A stretch of DNA of 32,000 bases, from contig NC_014537.1 in assembly GCF_000148385.1 (NCBI RefSeq), positions 2,160,001 to 2,192,000 of the forward strand, in the 5' to 3' direction. A program made the translations under genes and the position numbers. A model generated the notes under the pieces. That model was not told the DNA's origin. It made no database searches and saw nothing but the letters and a program-made list of their open reading frames with translations. Position 1 is the stretch's first letter. Every line of letters starts with the position of its first letter. Source of the stretch: Vulcanisaeta distributa DSM 14429 (GTDB lineage: Archaea; Thermoproteota; Thermoprotei; Thermoproteales; Thermocladiaceae). Below, piece after piece: positions 16,322 to 23,334 of the stretch.

Positions 16322-16439
16322 TAACTCATTGGATAGGGCATGACTTTTAAGTATTATTATCAGTTAGGTAGTAAGTAGTTACGTATTAATTATTACGTAG
16401 ATAATGCATATAATGTGTTGTAGTACTTTTTAGTGTTAT
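16322..16439. promoter_or_regulatory. Divergent promoter region of the nickel permease and DUF364 genes, with a near-perfect palindrome
   Basis: TATA-like elements are present for both directions (16344-16354 for the minus strand, 16406-16415 for the plus strand). Between them lies TACGTATTAATTATTACGTA (16380-16399), an 18/20 palindrome with TACGTA half-sites 8 nt apart. Confidence 0.5.
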
Positions 16440-17159
16440 ATGAGGTTTATTGAGGTTCTTGCTTCCCGCGCTATGGACTTAGCCGGTGATTTGAGTATTG
16501 TGGATTATTGCATTTGCCTTAGGGCTACTTATGTCGTTGTTTCTGATGGTCGTAGGGAAGCCATTGGGATGGCGCATGTGTCTTATGAGGACTTACACGG
16601 TATCGGCAGAGTCATGGAGCCCTCGATAGACTACCTCCCTAACATGGTTATTGACGTTAACCCACTGAATAGGGTTCTTGGGCTAGCCCTAATAAATGCG
16701 ATTTCCCAATACCACATAACCGAGGTTAGGCAGGACGAGTTAGAGTTAAGGTCTCCAGTATGTGTGGTTGGCCTTATGAGGCCATTAATCGAGGAGTTGA
16801 GGAGTAAGGGTCTCGAGGTTTACGTCTTTGAGAGGTCGCCATACTTACGTGGTGATAATGCCTATTCGGATGTTGAGGAGGAGTTATTAATACCTAGGTG
16901 CGGCACGGTATATATAACGGGCATGGCGCTCTTAAACTTCACAATAGATAGATTGCTGGATTTCTCGAGGGGTATTAACGTACTCATAGGCCCATCCGCA
17001 AGCCTACTGCCTGAGTTAGTGAAGGGCTTGGGTATTCATTATATTGAGTCCATGAAATTCACGGACGTTAAGACCGTTAAGAAGCACTTAAGGCTTGGCG
17101 GCTACGTATCAATGAAGGTACATAGTAACCTGGGCATTCCCTATAGATTTAAGGTTTAA
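16440..17159 (+). CDS. DUF4213/DUF364-family protein ('putative heavy-metal chelation' Rossmann-like domain)
   Basis: The N-domain motif NRVLGLALINAISQ is followed by a Rossmann-like part, VCVVGLMRPLIEEL...VYVFER...TVYITGMALLNFTIDRLL...VLIGPSASLLPEL. This matches my recollection of the DUF364 family pattern. Confidence 0.65.
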   Translation: MRFIEVLASRAMDLAGDLSIVDYCICLRATYVVVSDGRREAIGMAHVSYEDLHGIGRVMEPSIDYLPNMVIDVNPLNRVLGLALINAISQYHITEVRQDELELRSPVCVVGLMRPLIEELRSKGLEVYVFERSPYLRGDNAYSDVEEELLIPRCGTVYITGMALLNFTIDRLLDFSRGINVLIGPSASLLPELVKGLGIHYIESMKFTDVKTVKKHLRLGGYVSMKVHSNLGIPYRFKV

Positions 17160-17182
17160 AATGCAAAGCCTAACACTTATTT

Positions 17183-17665
17183 ATGGCATTAATGCTCTCA
17201 CCCACAATAGCGGAGCTATTAAGGGAATTGTCTGGTGGTGGGGATGTCGAGGAGTTTATAGTTAGCCTAATTGCCGAGAGGCTTGATCCTCCTCGTAGGG
17301 TTGAGTTTTATCTTAAGCTTAGTGAGGATTACCTGAGGAATGCGGAGGAACTGTACAGTAAGGGTGACTTAGCCCAGGCCGGCGAGAAGTACTGGGGCGC
17401 CGTGACGGCATTACTCAACGCCATCGCCGAGATGAGGGGTTGGGAACACTATAGCCATAGGGATTATGACGTAGTAATTGGGAAGTTGTATAAGGAAGTC
17501 TGTGATAAATCTCTTCTGATGGATTTTAGAATGGCCGAGGCACTCCACGCAAACTTCTACCGCAACTTCATGGACAAGGAAGAGTTCGAAATACATAGAC
17601 AGGCGGCTCTGGAGTTGATTGAGAGGTTAAGGGGCGTTATTAAGGGGTTAAAGCATGGCTCTTAG
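17183..17665 (+). CDS. PaREP1/PaREP8-family protein (archaeal, all-helical, HEPN-like)
   Basis: Family-typical pattern: N-terminal LLRELSGGGDVEEFIVSLIAERLDP, then YLRNAEELYSKGDLAQAGEKYWGAVTALLNAIAEMRGWEHYSH...EALHANFY. TATA-like gtttaaaat (17154-17162) lies about 25 nt upstream and overlaps the DUF364 stop. Confidence 0.65.
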   Translation: MALMLSPTIAELLRELSGGGDVEEFIVSLIAERLDPPRRVEFYLKLSEDYLRNAEELYSKGDLAQAGEKYWGAVTALLNAIAEMRGWEHYSHRDYDVVIGKLYKEVCDKSLLMDFRMAEALHANFYRNFMDKEEFEIHRQAALELIERLRGVIKGLKHGS

Positions 17666-17720
17666 GCATGGAGGGTCTTAGGCAATTAGCTTTTAATTCC
17701 TGGGTCACTATTATTGATCT

Positions 17721-18137
17721 GTGGGTAGGGTTCGTAGGGTTAGCCTGGCGATTGATGAGGATTTACTTAAGGCGATTGATGAGGCCATGGTTAGGGTTGG
17801 TGAGGTTAATAGGTCTAGGTTCATAAACACGTTGATTAGCAACGCAATTGCCGAGCAAGCGGCTGGTGCTGGTGGTCGCGTGTTTTCACTGGTAATTGTT
17901 ATGTATGACCATGAGTTTGGTGATACAGAGAAGTACGTGACGGATATACAGCATGAGTTTAGGGATGTGATTAGGGTCGTAACCCACACCCACGTCACGG
18001 ATAGGGACTGCATCGAGGTAATACACGCAATGGGCGATTACGAGAGGATACAGGAATTAACGAAGAGATTAACGGCAATAAGGAGGGGCATAAAGTACAT
18101 AAAAGTAACGAATATACCAATACCAACAGTTAGTTAG
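17721..18137 (+). CDS. nikR: Nickel-responsive transcriptional regulator NikR
   Basis: GTG start. The N-terminus is a ribbon-helix-helix (RVSLAIDEDLLKAIDE). The C-terminal domain carries the complete high-affinity Ni site with E. coli NikR spacing: QH-x10-HTH-x5-C (DIQHEFRDVIRVVTHTHVTDRDC), equivalent to H76/H87/H89/C95. TATA-like agcttttaattc (17688-17699) lies about 27 nt upstream. Confidence 0.88.
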   Translation: MGRVRRVSLAIDEDLLKAIDEAMVRVGEVNRSRFINTLISNAIAEQAAGAGGRVFSLVIVMYDHEFGDTEKYVTDIQHEFRDVIRVVTHTHVTDRDCIEVIHAMGDYERIQELTKRLTAIRRGIKYIKVTNIPIPTVS

Positions 18138-18150
18138 TAATATTGGCGTC

Positions 18151-20049
18151 TCACGTCTCGAGTAATTTCCTAATAAAATCATGGGTCTTCAAACCCCATA
18201 GATGCTCTTTAAGTAATTTTCTAAGCTCACCCTTGCTCATGCTCGGTAATTGAGTAGTAATCACTACGCGTGATGGCTCGGCTATTGGGCCCACCAACTC
18301 CCTAATAACTCTCTTAACATCGTCCGGGCCTCCATCATTACCCTCTACGATCACTACGGGGCTCTCAAACTTAATGTCGTCAAGCATTCCCGCAACCACG
18401 GCCCTTTTAACCCAGGGTAGCGACTCTACGGCTTTCTCAATCTCGCCCGGACTAATCCTATACCCATTAACCTTCATCACACCATCAGCCCTACCCAATG
18501 GGTAGATGTACATGTCATTGTCCATGATGGCGTAGTCCCCAACGAAGTACACACCCTTAACCCACTTACGTACGTAATGCTCCGTGTACTCAATCGGCAT
18601 GGCGGGCCAAGGGGACTTAACAACTAAGTAACCGACGGAACCCCTCACGGGGTTCCCATCCGCATCGACCACGTCAATGTCGAAGCCGGGCATTGGGGGG
18701 CCAACGGAGCCTGGGACTAATGGTACGAATGTATAGTTGGGGAGGCTCCCGGTTACGAAAGTGCCTAGCTCTGACTGAATGAACATATGCACCACGGGTA
18801 TCCTACCACTCAGCTTGCTTGGGAGTGAGTCTATCGTGGGTACGGTCCCCGTACCGACAAACTGATATGTCCAACGCCACACCGAGGCTTCGAGGGGTTC
18901 GGCGGTCGTTAGTATTAGTCTGAGCATGTCGAGGTTATGTGACAATAAGAGGTTTGGGTCTTGGCGTGAGAGTATCCTCAATGCGGCGCCTGTCGTTAAA
19001 AATACCGTGACTGCGTACCTCTCTAGGATGGACCACCACCTATCCCAGTGCGGGTAATCGGGTCCACCCTCGTAAAGCACCACCGTGGAGCCTATCATGA
19101 ATGGGCCAAAGACTACGTAAGTAATCCCTGTTATCCAACCCGGTAATACTGTGCAGAAGTAGGTGTCGTGCGGTCTGAGCCCCATCCACCTAGTCGTTGA
19201 GTAAGTCTGCACTAAATAACCACCAACGCCATGCGTTATTAGTCCCAAATCCTCATCATAGCCAATATGAAGCCCAAAGAGCGGGTGCGTTGAATCAGCC
19301 ACGTAGTCCTCACCGGCATCTAGAGTTGGCGCTTCATCAATGTATAGGTCCCTGCCCTGAACCACGCCTACGTTGACGTTCATCCTATTGATAATCAGTA
19401 CCTTGAGATTATGGTTAATGGCGCTTAATGCTTTATCTACCGTGGATTTAACGGTGATGGGCTTACCCCTCCGTGGGAATGCATCCACAGTAATCAGTAC
19501 TTTTGGTTTTCTATCACTAATCCTCCTCGCCAAGTCAAGTGCCCCAAAGCCCGTGAATACGAACTCGAAAGGCGCACCAAGCCTAACGGAGGCTAACGCT
19601 AATGCAATTACCTCAGGCATGGGTGGTGCATAGAACATTACCCAATCATGGGGGCCAACGCCAAGACCTCTAAGTATTGATGAATATTTAATAACCATTT
19701 CATTAAGGTCTGAATAGGTGTATACCCTGGTAATGCCCTCCTCACTCTCCCAAATAATAGCCGGCTTATCCCAAACCCACGTTGACTTATGCTTACCCAT
19801 TATATTACGATAGGCATCGATTAACCCACCAACAAACCACCGTGTATTATAATGGTCACCGACCATTACGTAATTCCACGCCCTTTCCCAAATCAATTGC
19901 TTAGCCTCACTACTCCAAAAATTAATTAAGTCCCTGACGCTGCGTTGATGCACAACCTTAAATTGAGGAATACCAATAACCTTATAGCGCATTGATGGTG
20001 GCACAATCCTCTCGGGATTGAATACTCTCCTTATAACATCCTCGGACAT
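18151..20049 (-). CDS. Acetyl-CoA synthetase (AMP-forming, ANL) family paralogue with degenerate catalytic motifs
   Basis: The start is set at ATG (complement of 20047-20049; MSEDVIRRVF) rather than the ORF-track 20172, which would overlap the hypA promoter and start. It is collinear with E. coli Acs (FWSSEAKQLIW, PAIIWESEEG, THGVGGYLV, PGWITGITY, YFVGDYAIMDNDMYIYPLGRADGVMKVNGYRISPGEIE). However, the YTSGSTGKPKG loop is HIGYDEDLGL here, and the SGK catalytic lysine region reads SKGE. Confidence 0.8.
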   Translation of the reverse strand: MSEDVIRRVFNPERIVPPSMRYKVIGIPQFKVVHQRSVRDLINFWSSEAKQLIWERAWNYVMVGDHYNTRWFVGGLIDAYRNIMGKHKSTWVWDKPAIIWESEEGITRVYTYSDLNEMVIKYSSILRGLGVGPHDWVMFYAPPMPEVIALALASVRLGAPFEFVFTGFGALDLARRISDRKPKVLITVDAFPRRGKPITVKSTVDKALSAINHNLKVLIINRMNVNVGVVQGRDLYIDEAPTLDAGEDYVADSTHPLFGLHIGYDEDLGLITHGVGGYLVQTYSTTRWMGLRPHDTYFCTVLPGWITGITYVVFGPFMIGSTVVLYEGGPDYPHWDRWWSILERYAVTVFLTTGAALRILSRQDPNLLLSHNLDMLRLILTTAEPLEASVWRWTYQFVGTGTVPTIDSLPSKLSGRIPVVHMFIQSELGTFVTGSLPNYTFVPLVPGSVGPPMPGFDIDVVDADGNPVRGSVGYLVVKSPWPAMPIEYTEHYVRKWVKGVYFVGDYAIMDNDMYIYPLGRADGVMKVNGYRISPGEIEKAVESLPWVKRAVVAGMLDDIKFESPVVIVEGNDGGPDDVKRVIRELVGPIAEPSRVVITTQLPSMSKGELRKLLKEHLWGLKTHDFIRKLLET

Positions 20050-20144
20050 CCGGTCTTCACCGCACGATTTATTTAAGTCCTTAAGTAATCTTATGCTAAA
20101 TTTCTGATAAGAATATTTAAAAATCATGCATAAGGTGGATCGGC
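20050..20144. promoter_or_regulatory. Bidirectional promoter region between the ACS-like gene and hypA
   Basis: TATA-like atatttaaaaa (20113-20123) lies about 27 nt upstream of the hypA GTG. TATA-like tttatttaag (20068-20077) lies about 23 nt upstream of the minus-strand ATG at 20049. An ATGCAT palindrome (20126-20131) sits between the hypA TATA and its start. Confidence 0.5.
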
Positions 20145-20561
20145 GTGCATGAGTGGTCATTGGCATCAGCAATCGTTGAGAGCGTTGATAAGTGGGCCCG
20201 TGAAAATAATGTGAATAATGTGATTAAGGTCGTTGTTGAAATCCCATCAATATCAATGATAGACCTGGAAATACTTAAGGAGGCCTTCGACATGCTCAAG
20301 CAGGATTCTAAATTGGTTAAGGCATCCCTCGAGGTTAAGGTTGTTGCACCAAAATTAAGGTGTAGGCGTTGCGGGTACGTACTGACGGATGACGATGTTA
20401 AGAAACAACTAAATGAATTAATGAAGGATTATGGCGAGGAATACCCATTGCACCTAATTCCTGACCTGGCACCAGCATTACTTAAATGCCCTAGGTGTGG
20501 CTCTCATGATTTAGAGATGGAGGAACCAAGAATTAGGGTGGCCGAGGTGGTTACGGAATGA
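20145..20561 (+). CDS. hypA: Hydrogenase nickel-insertion protein HypA
   Basis: The GTG-initiated N-terminus (M)HEWSLA matches the canonical MHE Ni-binding motif. Zinc-site pairs are CRRC...CPRC. Confidence 0.9.
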   Translation: MHEWSLASAIVESVDKWARENNVNNVIKVVVEIPSISMIDLEILKEAFDMLKQDSKLVKASLEVKVVAPKLRCRRCGYVLTDDDVKKQLNELMKDYGEEYPLHLIPDLAPALLKCPRCGSHDLEMEEPRIRVAEVVTE

Positions 20562-21331
20562 TTAAGGAGCCAGCGCTGGAATTGGCCAGGGATAGGCTGA
20601 AGGGTAGAGGGGTTATTGCTATTGTGAGCGGTAAGGGTGGTGTTGGTAAGAGCACCGTGTCGGCATTAACGGCATTAAGTATCGCCAATAGGGATTACGC
20701 AGTATTAATTGACCTGGACATACACGGTATGTCGGTGCCCAGGCTGTTTGGGATTGAGAATAAGATGCATGACGTGAGTAGGGAGGGTTTAGAGCCGATA
20801 ATGATTAATGAAAGGCTTGGAATAATAAGTTTGAGAGGGGTAATTGGTAGTAAGTACGTAGTACTGCCGGGCGAAAGGCGAGGCGGCGTGCTCCTAGACC
20901 TATTGGCATATACTAACTACAGGGATTCCAAGTACGTAATAATCGACATGCCGCCTGGGATGAGCGATGAATTACTAATACTGCACAGGGTGAGGAATTA
21001 CTTACCAATTGTGGTAACATCACCGTCGAGGCAATCCGTAGGTGTGGTTGAGGACCTAGTAAGGTATTTAACGGACTCGGGAATAAAGCCTACGGCTATG
21101 ATCATAAACATGGCATTCATGAAGTGCGGCCATGAGGTAGTAAAGCCCTTCGGTAGTACTGACTGGGCGATCGAATTAGCCCGTAAATACGGCATTGAAT
21201 TAATTAAGGAATTGCCGATAGATCCAGCGATCGAGGAATACATAGGTAAGATAAATGAGTACAGTGGGCAGTTACTAACGGAATTAAGCTCAATGATTAA
21301 TACCGTGATCCAGGAAATACAAAGATATTAA
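20558..21331 (+). CDS. Mrp/MinD-family P-loop ATPase, probable ATPase-type HypB partner of HypA
   Basis: Deviant Walker A motif SGKGGVGKST. The start overlaps the hypA stop (ATGA), with an SD-like gaggtgg upstream. The Mrp/Nbp35 CxxC motif is reduced to a single Cys (FMKCGHE). An ATPase-type HypB of this family encoded next to hypA has been described in Thermococcus. Confidence 0.72.
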   Translation: MIKEPALELARDRLKGRGVIAIVSGKGGVGKSTVSALTALSIANRDYAVLIDLDIHGMSVPRLFGIENKMHDVSREGLEPIMINERLGIISLRGVIGSKYVVLPGERRGGVLLDLLAYTNYRDSKYVIIDMPPGMSDELLILHRVRNYLPIVVTSPSRQSVGVVEDLVRYLTDSGIKPTAMIINMAFMKCGHEVVKPFGSTDWAIELARKYGIELIKELPIDPAIEEYIGKINEYSGQLLTELSSMINTVIQEIQRY

Positions 21332-21371
21332 TCGTCTTTATATAAATACCTTGCCTTATTATGAAATGGCA

Positions 21372-22388
21372 TCACGGAATGAGTAATACCTTGCCTACCC
21401 TATCCTCCGCCTTAAACATGGTGTCGAACGCCTCCTTAACCTTGTCGAGGCTCATCTTTGAGTAGATCGGCGCCTTAATCCTGCGTTTACTAAGCAGGTC
21501 AAGTAGTTTAATGAGTTCAGCCCTGGTACCACCTGTCGAGCCTAGTATGGTGACTTCCCTTGAGTATAATGACGGTAAGCTAAGCGTAACATCACCACCA
21601 GTGAGTGCGCCGGCAGTCACCCACTTACCGTAACGAGCAACCAATTGGAAGCTTAGGTTCCAGGTTGCTTGACCAACTGCATCGATCACTAAGTCGGCGC
21701 CAAGCCCATTACTTAACTCGTTCACTAAGGTTTGGGCTTCCTCCGGTGTCACTACGTAATCAGCGCCTAGTTCCATCAATGCGCCCTTAACCTTGCTTGC
21801 CTTACGGCTTACCGCGATTACGACAGCACCGGCTAGTTTTGCGAATTGAACGGCATAACTACCCACGTTGCCCGTGGCCCCAAATACAACGACTAACTCA
21901 CCAGGCTTTACACCTGCCCTGTCAAAGACCATATGCCAGGCGGTTAATGCACCAACGGGTAGTGTCGCTGCCTCATCGAGACCGACGCCCCTTGGTATTC
22001 TAATGGCATTGGTGGCGGGTACCACGGCGTATTCTGCGAACCCGCCATTGGTAACAACGCCTATTAATCCACCATTCACGCATAACTCCTCATGACCAAC
22101 CAGGCAATACCTGCAGGTGCCATCGAATAGCCTGTTGTAGATTGTGACCTCATCACCAACACTGATGCCCTTGACGTTGGAGCCAACCTCCTCAATCACG
22201 CCAACAAACTCCGCACCCGGTATATGCGGCATTGGCTTACCACCCCTATTAATTGTGAAGTAGTCCACTGGGTTAACACCCGCATACTTAACACGCACCA
22301 ACACCTCATTCGGACTAGGCCTTGGCACCTCAACATCCATCATACGCACATTCTCCATGCCAGGCCTATCAAAGACGACAGCACGCAT
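21372..22388 (-). CDS. Medium-chain dehydrogenase/reductase (zinc-type alcohol dehydrogenase / quinone oxidoreductase-like)
   Basis: The start is set at MRAVVF (complement of 22386-22388). It has a GroES-like N-domain (GVNPVDY, PGAEFVGVIEEVG), a structural-zinc-lobe-like CRYCLVGHEELC, and a Rossmann motif VFGATGNVGSYAVQ. Confidence 0.78.
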   Translation of the reverse strand: MRAVVFDRPGMENVRMMDVEVPRPSPNEVLVRVKYAGVNPVDYFTINRGGKPMPHIPGAEFVGVIEEVGSNVKGISVGDEVTIYNRLFDGTCRYCLVGHEELCVNGGLIGVVTNGGFAEYAVVPATNAIRIPRGVGLDEAATLPVGALTAWHMVFDRAGVKPGELVVVFGATGNVGSYAVQFAKLAGAVVIAVSRKASKVKGALMELGADYVVTPEEAQTLVNELSNGLGADLVIDAVGQATWNLSFQLVARYGKWVTAGALTGGDVTLSLPSLYSREVTILGSTGGTRAELIKLLDLLSKRRIKAPIYSKMSLDKVKEAFDTMFKAEDRVGKVLLIP

Positions 22389-22435
22389 CGTATTATTCGT
22401 AACCAACCGTAATTTAAAGCAATATGCGGCAGTTT

Positions 22436-23281
22436 TCAAATTCTTGACACATGCAGTATGGTGTAAATGCCCATTATTGCCGTGGCTACGGCAACCGTGA
22501 GCCTAATATGGCGTTCTGGGAGTCTTCTTTGGGTAATTGTACCTAGGTAAATGCCAATTAATCCACCAAGGCCCATGGATAATCCATTAATTACATCAGG
22601 CGGATAACCGAGGTATGCGTATGACAATACTCCAATGAGGGATACCATTAAGGTTACCATTAATGTTGGTCCCGAGATTATGTAGGCTGGTAACCCCATA
22701 GGGCCCATTAATACTGGCGATAGTATTGATGCGCCCCCTATACCGTAGGTACCACTTACTATGCCTACCAATAATGTAATAACCATCAACAATATGGTGT
22801 TAACCCTATAAGTGTTGCCTTTATTTGTTATTATAACCAGCGATGTCTTATCACGGCTACACCGCACTACAGTCTCATATGTATGGACCCGCCTTATAAG
22901 TAAGGCATTGCTTAGGATTATTTCCATGGCCAATGCCAGTAGTACGGCGCTCATGAAGTAGGAAAATGCATAACCGCCAGTTAGGTAGTGTCCCCTTAAC
23001 CACGTCCCCACCACAGCCCCTGCCGACGCCCCTATGACTAGGATTAACGTGAATGGTGCGGCAATCCTCCTTTCACGAAGGTACTCGTGGATGCTCAATG
23101 GTATTGAGATTATGTTATACAGTAGATTTGTGCTGCTTATCACTGGGTTTGCGGTACTAAGGATGTATGATTGTATCGGTAGCAATAAGTAAGCCCCGGA
23201 TATCCCTCCCTGAGACGTTACGAAGGATATCGCCAATGCCGCCATGAACAATTCAATTAATTGGAGCAGGTTAATACTCAT
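22436..23281 (-). CDS. TauE/SafE (DUF81) family membrane transporter
   Basis: A polytopic membrane protein of about 8 TM helices with duplicated halves and glycine-rich GGISGAYLLLP / GIGGASILSPVL motifs typical of the family. Confidence 0.65.
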   Translation of the reverse strand: MSINLLQLIELFMAALAISFVTSQGGISGAYLLLPIQSYILSTANPVISSTNLLYNIISIPLSIHEYLRERRIAAPFTLILVIGASAGAVVGTWLRGHYLTGGYAFSYFMSAVLLALAMEIILSNALLIRRVHTYETVVRCSRDKTSLVIITNKGNTYRVNTILLMVITLLVGIVSGTYGIGGASILSPVLMGPMGLPAYIISGPTLMVTLMVSLIGVLSYAYLGYPPDVINGLSMGLGGLIGIYLGTITQRRLPERHIRLTVAVATAIMGIYTILHVSRI

Positions 23282-23334
23282 GTGGTTTCAATGATCCCTT
23301 TTAATAGATCGTATTAAGTTTTATTCCATGTGCA

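Noticed and set aside
17183-18137. A PaREP1 (HEPN-like, with an R-x6-H string RGWEHYSH) followed by a ribbon-helix-helix protein resembles a toxin-antitoxin pair.
   Set aside because: The RHH protein is a full-length NikR with the complete nickel-binding H/H/H/C site and its own promoter. The two genes are 55 nt apart and are not coupled. The nickel-regulon reading is better supported.
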